A program made the translations under genes and the position numbers. Under the pieces are notes generated by a model. That model was not told the DNA's origin, did not search any database, and worked only from the letters and a program-made list of their open reading frames with translations. Below are positions 58,322 through 64,000 of a DNA stretch of 64,000 nucleotides, one piece after another. Position 1 is the stretch's first letter, and every line of letters begins with the position of its first letter. Source of the DNA: an uncultured Candidatus Saccharibacteria bacterium. GTDB taxonomy: Bacteria > Patescibacteriota > Minisyncoccia > Phycocordibacterales > UBA918. The stretch covers positions 185,968 to 249,967 of the forward strand of contig CAZRNZ010000001.1 of the NCBI GenBank assembly GCA_964601615.1, written 5' to 3'.

Positions 58322-60115
58322 TTACCCTACTTTATTTCCCCTCTTTCTATCACTTTCTTTCAAAAGTGCTTTACGCAAACGCACGTTTTCTGGCGTAACT
58401 TCTAGGTATTCGTCATCAGCCATGATTTCTAGGCCAACTTCAATTGAAAGTGGGCGAAATGGTACCAAATCTATAGCTTCATCTGAGCCAGAAGCACGTA
58501 CGTTAGAGAGCTGCTTACCCTTGGTTGGGTTTACTACCATCTCTTCACCCTTTGAGGTGTTACCAATAACCATCCCTTCGTAAACCTCAGTAGCTGGACC
58601 TATGTATAGCTGTCCACGATCTTGCAGATTCCAAAGTGAGAATCCAAGAGCCTTTCCAGTCGCCATAGAAATCATACTTCCTACCTGACGCTTCTTGATT
58701 TCACCAGCATAAGGTTCAAAACCAACAAACTGTGAAGCAAGAATTCCCTCACCCTTAGTATCGATGATGAATTGGTTTTTATAACCAAGCAAACCACGAG
58801 TTGGCCCCATAAATGTTAAGCGAACCTGATTATCATTGGGAACCATGTTTTGCATGATAAATCCACGGTTTGAAAGCTTTTCGATAATAGCTCCTTGGAA
58901 CTCTGACGGTATATCAGCAATAACTTCCTCAAACGGCTCCATCTTTACACCATTTTCTTCCTTGATGATTACCTGCGGCTGAGATACTGCAAGTTCATAA
59001 CCTTCACGACGCATGTTTTCAAGCAAAATAGAAATATGCATTTCTCCACGACCAAATACTTCAAAAGAATCACCCTTTGAGAAATCTACCTTAAGACCTA
59101 CGTTAATTTCAAGCTCTTTTTCGAGACGCTCTTTAATCTGACGGCTTGTCACAAACTTACCTTCGCGACCAGCAAAAGGTGAAGCGTTGGGCATAAAACG
59201 AAGACCAATAGTTGGTTCATCTACCTTAATTGCAGTAAGTTCCTCAGTAGATTCGTTATCTGTCAGCGTCACTCCGATATCAATGTCAGCAAAACCAGCA
59301 ATCAAAACAATATCTCCTGCGTATACAGTTTCAGCTTCAATCTGGTTTGTTCCCTTAAAGGTAGAAAGTTTAACTACGCGCCCCTGCTTAGTTTCTTCAC
59401 CTTCATGTTTTATAAAAATGTTTTGTCCCTTAGAAATTTTTCCAGAGTAAACACGTGCTACAGCCAAACGTCCAAGGAAGTTGTCATAACCAAGGTTGAA
59501 GACTTGTGCTGCCAAAGCATCACCTTCTTTATATATAGGAGCAGCAGGAACCTGCTCAAGAATTACATCAAGTAGTGGAGAAAGGTCTTTAAACTCATCA
59601 GACATGCTGCGCTTTGCTACAGCATCACGGCCAATAGCGTAAACAGTAGTAAAGTTTGATTGCTCGTCAGTTGCACCAAGCTCCAGGAAAAGCTCCAATA
59701 CTTGTTCTTCTGCGCGATCAGGATTCGCTGCAGGCTTGTCTACTTTGTTGATAACAACAATAGGCTTAAGACCAAGCTCAAGTGACTTCTTAAGTACGAA
59801 ACGAGTTTGTGGCATTGGACCTTCTTGAGCGTCCACCACCAACAATACTGAGTCAATAGAACGAAGTACACGTTCCACTTCAGAACCGAAGTCGGCGTGA
59901 CCTGGAGTGTCCACAATGTTTATCTTTGTATCCTTATACTCGATAGAAGTATTTTTGGCATAAATAGTAATACCACGCTCCTTTTCGATAGAGTTTGAGT
60001 CCATTGACTGACCCTCTTCACGAGCGCCAGTAAACTCCATAAGAGCATCTGTTAGTGTGGTTTTGCCGTGGTCCACGTGAGCAATGATGGCAATATTTCT
60101 GATTTCCTGAGACAT
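58322..60115 (-). CDS. typA: translational GTPase TypA/BipA
   Basis: IRNIAIIAHVDHGKTTLTDALM and MDSNSIEKERGITI match BipA rather than LepA. 597 aa. Confidence 0.9.
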   Translation of the reverse strand: MSQEIRNIAIIAHVDHGKTTLTDALMEFTGAREEGQSMDSNSIEKERGITIYAKNTSIEYKDTKINIVDTPGHADFGSEVERVLRSIDSVLLVVDAQEGPMPQTRFVLKKSLELGLKPIVVINKVDKPAANPDRAEEQVLELFLELGATDEQSNFTTVYAIGRDAVAKRSMSDEFKDLSPLLDVILEQVPAAPIYKEGDALAAQVFNLGYDNFLGRLAVARVYSGKISKGQNIFIKHEGEETKQGRVVKLSTFKGTNQIEAETVYAGDIVLIAGFADIDIGVTLTDNESTEELTAIKVDEPTIGLRFMPNASPFAGREGKFVTSRQIKERLEKELEINVGLKVDFSKGDSFEVFGRGEMHISILLENMRREGYELAVSQPQVIIKEENGVKMEPFEEVIADIPSEFQGAIIEKLSNRGFIMQNMVPNDNQVRLTFMGPTRGLLGYKNQFIIDTKGEGILASQFVGFEPYAGEIKKRQVGSMISMATGKALGFSLWNLQDRGQLYIGPATEVYEGMVIGNTSKGEEMVVNPTKGKQLSNVRASGSDEAIDLVPFRPLSIEVGLEIMADDEYLEVTPENVRLRKALLKESDRKRGNKVG

Positions 60116-60213
60116 ATTTTTTAATAGAAAGAGAAAAAGCGCCCGAAGGGCACTTAATCCAAGTTAATTGAGTGCACGAAATAGTAACCCAATATTGTGC
60201 TTTTGTCCAGATA

Positions 60214-60804
60214 CTAGTTGTTTACACCAAGATTCGTTCTAATCCAAGCCTGAAGAAACTCTGAAACACTGCCATATGAAGCTCTACTTGTGCTATTACC
60301 AGCCATTTCACTCCAAACCTTCTGTAATAAGACTGCAACCTCTGTATTGTATGAAAGTGGCGTATAACAGCTATCCATTACGTAAGTAATATTATTTATG
60401 ATTACATCATATTCATAGTCGAAACCATTTACATCACCGCCACAATAGTCTACATCCATGAAAGGAGTATATGTCTCTATAATTGCATCTTTTGCTCGAA
60501 GTTCTCGCATTAAAGCAGATGACAACTTCCCTGTTTTTTGTTCCAGAGCACCTTCACCGACTCCACCTGCAATATATGTATAGCTTCCATCACCAAGTAA
60601 ACGAAATGAAGGGTGTACAGTTCTACTGTTGTCACCTTCGATTCTTTTTTTACCAATCATACTCCACTCACTTGCACCTGATTCTGTGGCATTAATTGTT
60701 TCTGGTACATAAGTTGGTTTAAAAACTGTCACATAAACATACATACCGATTGCTAGACCAGTAAGAAAAGTAAGTGACAAGATCATCCAATCATCTCTTT
60801 GCAT
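60214..60804 (-). CDS. hypothetical membrane-anchored protein
   Basis: Start set at the internal Met (60804), since the ORF-track start at 60915 would overlap tRNA-Ser. TM then soluble domain. Confidence 0.5.
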   Translation of the reverse strand: MQRDDWMILSLTFLTGLAIGMYVYVTVFKPTYVPETINATESGASEWSMIGKKRIEGDNSRTVHPSFRLLGDGSYTYIAGGVGEGALEQKTGKLSSALMRELRAKDAIIETYTPFMDVDYCGGDVNGFDYEYDVIINNITYVMDSCYTPLSYNTEVAVLLQKVWSEMAGNSTSRASYGSVSEFLQAWIRTNLGVNN

Positions 60805-60902
60805 AAGTGTGTTTATTATAGCAGGGGCGCAGCGAAGCTGCGCCCCTAATAAGTTGGTAAACCCTCCCCTTTGCGTTATCATAATGACCCAAAGCAATAC
60901 AC

Positions 60903-60989
60903 GGAAACGTCGCATAGTGGCCTAGTGCGCTCGCTTGGAAAGCGAGTAGGGTGTCAAAACCCTCGAGAGTTCGAATCTCTCCGTTTCCG
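60903..60989 (+). tRNA. tRNA-Ser (anticodon GGA)
   Basis: Acceptor GGAAACG/CGUUUCC with G discriminator, anticodon stem CUCGC/GCGAG with loop UUGGAAA, long variable arm (GGGU...ACCC), T-arm GAGAG-UUCGAAU-CUCUC. Upstream TTGGTA-17-TATCAT promoter. Confidence 0.9.
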
Positions 60990-61049
60990 CTAAGATTAAG
61001 CGAAGCGAAAGCTTAGCGGAAACGAGCAAGCAAACTACTTTGCTTGCAT
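60972..61049 (+). repeat. inverted repeat of the tRNA-Ser 3' end (CGTTTCCGCTAAG...CTTAGCGGAAACG) plus a second hairpin GCAAGCAAA-ctac-TTTGCTTGC
   Basis: The tRNA acceptor/T-arm 3' strand is repeated in inverse 17 nt downstream. Confidence 0.55.
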
Positions 61050-61155
61050 GAGATATTCGAAAGACATTTTCTTATTTTCTCTCATTCCTGGTGAGAAAAA
61101 TGAAAATGTCCGGGCAGGAGATACTTATGAGCGTCAGCGAATTTGTATCTGACGC

Positions 61156-61168
61156 CGAATCTCTCTGT
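61156..61168 (+). repeat. partial direct repeat of tRNA-Ser 3' end (CGAATCTCTCtGT vs CGAATCTCTCcGT at 60972-60984)
   Basis: 12/13 identity; preceded by hairpin GCGTCAG-11nt-CTGACGC. Possible att-site remnant. Confidence 0.4.
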
Positions 61169-61207
61169 CCCATAAAATTATTTTACTTTATGAACTATAA
61201 TTAAAAT

Positions 61208-61627
61208 ATGAAAACTATTGTTTTTATTTCTTGCTCCAGCAAGAAATTGCCACACAAAGCAAAAGCAAAAGATTTATATATCAGTCCTTTATTTCAAAAA
61301 AGTTTAGAGTTTGCATACTCTTTAAACCCAGACAATATTTTTATACTTTCTGCAAAACACGGTTTAGTTTCACTTGAACAGAAACTTGAGCCGTACAACG
61401 AAACATTAAATAAAATGACTACGTTAGAAAACAAAAAATGGGCTAAGGTTGTAGAGAAACAACTGAGAGGAGAAGTAAATTCTTCAGACAAAGTTATTTT
61501 TCTTGCAGGTAAAAAATACAGACGACACTTTGAGAAATTATTTAAAAAATTAGAAGTTCCAATGGAAGGCTTATCTATTGGAAAACAACTTCAATATCTA
61601 AACAATAAAATTGGTTATGCAAAATGA
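61208..61627 (+). CDS. hypothetical small alpha/beta (Rossmann-like) protein, first gene of low-GC two-gene module
   Basis: 139 aa. N-terminal beta-strand plus CSSKK loop (TIVFISCSSKKL), later SAKHG and FLAGKKYR repeats suggest a phosphate/nucleotide-binding fold. GC ~30%. Confidence 0.55.
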   Translation: MKTIVFISCSSKKLPHKAKAKDLYISPLFQKSLEFAYSLNPDNIFILSAKHGLVSLEQKLEPYNETLNKMTTLENKKWAKVVEKQLRGEVNSSDKVIFLAGKKYRRHFEKLFKKLEVPMEGLSIGKQLQYLNNKIGYAK

Positions 61628-62252
61628 GTGCGAAAAATTACATAAGTTTGTAAATAATTTAAAGATATTTACTTTCCCTTTTGATATTAAGGAAATTCCA
61701 CTTAATGGTGTTTACATAGTTTTTGAAAGAGATGAATTTGCGCATAGTGGCAGAAGAATTGTTCGAGTAGGTACACATACTGGAGACAATCAACTAATAT
61801 CAAGAATAAATCAACATTTTATAAATGAAAATAAAGACAGAAGTATTTTTAGAAAGAACATTGGCCGAGCAATTTTAAATAAAAGAAATGATTCTTTTTT
61901 AGAACAGTGGGAATTAGATTTAACTACCCAAAAAGCGAAAGCCAAGTATTCAGAATCTATTGATTTTAATAAACAAAATTCTGTCGAGAAAGAAGTCACT
62001 GAATATATTCAAAGAAATCTTAGTTTTGTTGTTTTAGATATTAAAAATAAAGAAGACCGTCTTTCTTTTGAATCAAAAATTATTTCTACAGTTTCTTTAT
62101 GTAAAGAATGCCAGCCTTCAAAACACTGGCTAGGCTCTTTTTCGCCTAAAGATAAAATAAGAGATAGTGGTTTATGGTTAGTGAACGAATTATATAAACA
62201 ACCACTTTCTCACGAAGAGATCTTAGTCCTAGAAAATTTTGGTATCAAATAA
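61611..62252 (+). CDS. GIY-YIG / T5orf172-like nuclease domain protein
   Basis: NGVYIVFERDEF...RIVRVGTHTG...LISRINQHF fits the GIY-x10-YIG...R...H pattern; downstream ...EQWELDL; C-terminal CKEC. Overlaps the previous gene by 17 nt. GC ~30%. Confidence 0.55.
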   Translation: MVMQNECEKLHKFVNNLKIFTFPFDIKEIPLNGVYIVFERDEFAHSGRRIVRVGTHTGDNQLISRINQHFINENKDRSIFRKNIGRAILNKRNDSFLEQWELDLTTQKAKAKYSESIDFNKQNSVEKEVTEYIQRNLSFVVLDIKNKEDRLSFESKIISTVSLCKECQPSKHWLGSFSPKDKIRDSGLWLVNELYKQPLSHEEILVLENFGIK

Positions 62253-62347
62253 TTTTAAACTTATACACACACTCCTCTACCTCTCTCAAAGTACACAGCT
62301 ACAATTACTTATAGATCGTGTTTATTCAAAATAAGTAAGTAGCTACT

Positions 62348-62731
62348 ATGGAGACAACAATATTTTTAGCGAGTTTGTGGGGACCAGTAATGTTTGTAGC
62401 GGGTTTAGGTTTAATAATTAGTCGCAGATATTATTTAACTGTTTATAAGAATGCCAACCGTGACAGAATGGCGGTTGTGGCAATTTCTATTATTGCTATG
62501 ACTACTGGTCTGGCACAGGTGCAATTTCATAATGTTTGGGAAAGTTTGCCGCAAATAATCATTAGTTTGCTTGGCTGGGCAATGCTGATTGAAGGAGCTT
62601 TATATACACTCAAACCAAAGATTGCAGAAAAACTCTCTGCATTGATTGTGGAGGAGAAAATGATGGTTGCTTCAGGAGTTATTTGCTTGATTTTGGGCGG
62701 ATATCTTTCTTGGGTAGCGTTTATGGTTTAA
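62348..62731 (+). CDS. hypothetical 4-TM membrane protein
   Basis: 127-aa hydrophobic ORF followed by a strong terminator. Confidence 0.5.
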   Translation: METTIFLASLWGPVMFVAGLGLIISRRYYLTVYKNANRDRMAVVAISIIAMTTGLAQVQFHNVWESLPQIIISLLGWAMLIEGALYTLKPKIAEKLSALIVEEKMMVASGVICLILGGYLSWVAFMV

Positions 62732-62750
62732 GAGTTTGAATGAGAGGAGA

Positions 62751-62783
62751 AAGTGGGCGAGCCTTTGGCTCGCCCACTTTTTC
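62751..62783 (+). terminator. AAGTGGGCGAGCC-tttg-GCTCGCCCACTT hairpin plus TTTTTC
   Basis: Perfect 13-bp stem 20 nt after the stop. Confidence 0.75.
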
Positions 62784-62966
62784 ATTGACATTATATAAAA
62801 ATATGTTACTTTATAGTGCTTTTGAATCTTGTGTGGGGCTCAATCGCTATTGAAACTCAGGTCATATGTCTTGAATTTCGACATTTATAAATCCTGCACC
62901 GCCCCGAATATCCGACAAGATATTCTTCCCTTCCGAGGTCTAACCTTGGAATTAAACTAAATTTTA

Positions 62967-64000
62967 ATGAACAATTTCCAATCACGCGGTCTTCGTAATC
63001 GAAACCGTCGCCCAACCGGTGTATCAAGAGGAGGTAGAAGTAGCCACGGAGGTGGTAGAAGCTTTTCTCGTGGTTCACAAAACAAGCGTAAGCTCCCAAC
63101 TTTTGACCCAACTCAATTTATTAACAAAACTCCAATAGAAACAACTACAGAGCCAGAATATGTGCCAAAGCACACTTTCAATGACTTTGAGATTGATGGT
63201 CGTATTAAGAAGACTCTTGCTAGTTTAGAGCTAACAAAACCATCTCCAATTCAAGACCAGGTAATTCCTGAAATTTTGGCCGGAAAAGATGTTGTTGGTC
63301 TAGCAGAAACTGGTACAGGTAAAACTGCCGCTTTCTTGATTCCTCTTATTGAACTTCGTAAAAAGAAAGTAGGCTCAGCAACTCTAATTCTTACCCCAAC
63401 TCGCGAACTAGCAATTCAGGTTGATAATGAATTTAAGAAGCTTTCCAAGAACTTTACTTTCTTCTCAACAGTTTGTGTTGGTGGAGCACCAATTGGTCCA
63501 CAAATCAGACAGCTTAAGAGAAAGAACCAGTTCATCATTGGAACTCCAGGACGTATAAAAGATTTGATTGAGCGCGGAATTCTTCCAACTCATCTTATTG
63601 ACTCTGTTGTTCTAGACGAAGCTGACAGAATGCTAGACATGGGATTCATTCACGATATGAAGACAATTCTATCTGAAATCACTCCAGAAAAGCAGACCTT
63701 ATTCTTCTCAGCTACAATGGATGACAAAACTAAGTCATTGATTAACGACTTCATGAAAAACCCAGTGGTTATTTCAGTAAAGAAGAAGGATGTAACAACC
63801 AGTATTGAACAAGATGTTATTACTTGTTCAATCGACGGAAAGTACGGCACACTGGTAGATTTGATGAAAGATGAAGAATTCAAGCGAGTTATCATCTTCG
63901 GTGCAATGAAGCACAGTGTAGAAAAACTTTCTATCGACCTTAACAATAGTGGAATTGCTGCTGAATCAATTCACGGTAACAAAAACCACAGTCAAAGACA
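62967..64000 (+). CDS. DEAD-box ATP-dependent RNA helicase (3' end runs off the window)
   Basis: Arg/Gly-rich N-terminal tail, Q-motif (F..F.L...L), motif I AETGTGKTAAF, Ia PTRELA, II DEAD (VLDEADRML), III SAT. No stop before the window end. Confidence 0.9.
   Translation, partial: MNNFQSRGLRNRNRRPTGVSRGGRSSHGGGRSFSRGSQNKRKLPTFDPTQFINKTPIETTTEPEYVPKHTFNDFEIDGRIKKTLASLELTKPSPIQDQVIPEILAGKDVVGLAETGTGKTAAFLIPLIELRKKKVGSATLILTPTRELAIQVDNEFKKLSKNFTFFSTVCVGGAPIGPQIRQLKRKNQFIIGTPGRIKDLIERGILPTHLIDSVVLDEADRMLDMGFIHDMKTILSEITPEKQTLFFSATMDDKTKSLINDFMKNPVVISVKKKDVTTSIEQDVITCSIDGKYGTLVDLMKDEEFKRVIIFGAMKHSVEKLSIDLNNSGIAAESIHGNKNHSQR

Noticed and set aside
58322-60115. LepA (EF4) assignment
   Set aside because: The G-domain sequence NIAIIAHVDHGKTTL and MDSN..EKERGITI match TypA/BipA. 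LepA has FSIIAHIDHGKSTL.
60805-60915. Upstream start for the 60214..60915 ORF
   Set aside because: Would overlap tRNA-Ser by 13 nt on the opposite strand and run through its promoter. The internal Met at 60804, just before the TM helix, is more plausible.
61060-61160. 33-codon ORF (MRYSKDIFLFSLIPGEKNENVRAGDTYERQRICI) in the tRNA-Ser downstream spacer
   Set aside because: No RBS, overlaps hairpins. Below any reasonable confidence. Mentioned only because leader peptides occur in such positions.
62857-63111. 84-aa minus-strand ORF
   Set aside because: Overlaps the 5' UTR and start of the DEAD-box helicase gene on the opposite strand. Lacks RBS and has odd composition. Likely spurious.

Overview
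The window is a densely coded, AT-rich (~38-40% GC) bacterial chromosomal segment. Most genes lie on the minus strand. Short ATP synthase delta and epsilon subunits, a short UvrC and many signal-peptide or TM-anchored surface proteins give it the look of a reduced, possibly episymbiotic (CPR/Patescibacteria-like) genome; that placement is inference. Housekeeping content I can support: mnmA, mltG, leuS, ychF, a complete F1Fo ATP synthase operon (atpBEFHAGDC), ddl, uvrC-uvrA, uvrB, tgt, an FKBP isomerase, typA/bipA, a MarR-MFP-RND efflux operon, a SulP permease, a SpoT-like HD hydrolase, tRNA-Ala(UGC), tRNA-Ser(GGA), and a DEAD-box helicase that runs off the 3' end. Several regions deviate in composition or architecture. 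(1) tRNA-Ser is followed by a hairpin-rich spacer carrying a partial direct repeat of the tRNA 3' end, then a very low-GC, overlapping two-gene module (small Rossmann-like protein plus GIY-YIG/T5orf172-like nuclease). I rank this the best candidate for an undescribed accessory, defence or toxin module. (2) LeuRS carries a complete Nudix-hydrolase box within a ~157-aa extra segment at the end of its editing (CP1) region. (3) A GC-rich (~50%) small gene with a strong SD and GTG start sits behind a structured leader, an intrinsic terminator and a candidate promoter. (4) A CAP-domain/UmuD'-like/UmuC operon has a UmuD-like protein that appears to lack the Ser/Lys dyad. (5) Several Cys-rich oddities are present: a Cys/Pro-rich secreted repeat protein and an 83-aa Cys/His-rich peptide with its own promoter. 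(6) A partial PD-(D/E)XK Fe-S nuclease lies near an ATP-cone/Mrr-like endonuclease fusion. (7) A second low-GC islet (DCC oxidoreductase plus a multi-pass membrane protein) is next to tRNA-Ala. No CRISPR array, rRNA, transposase or integrase was seen.
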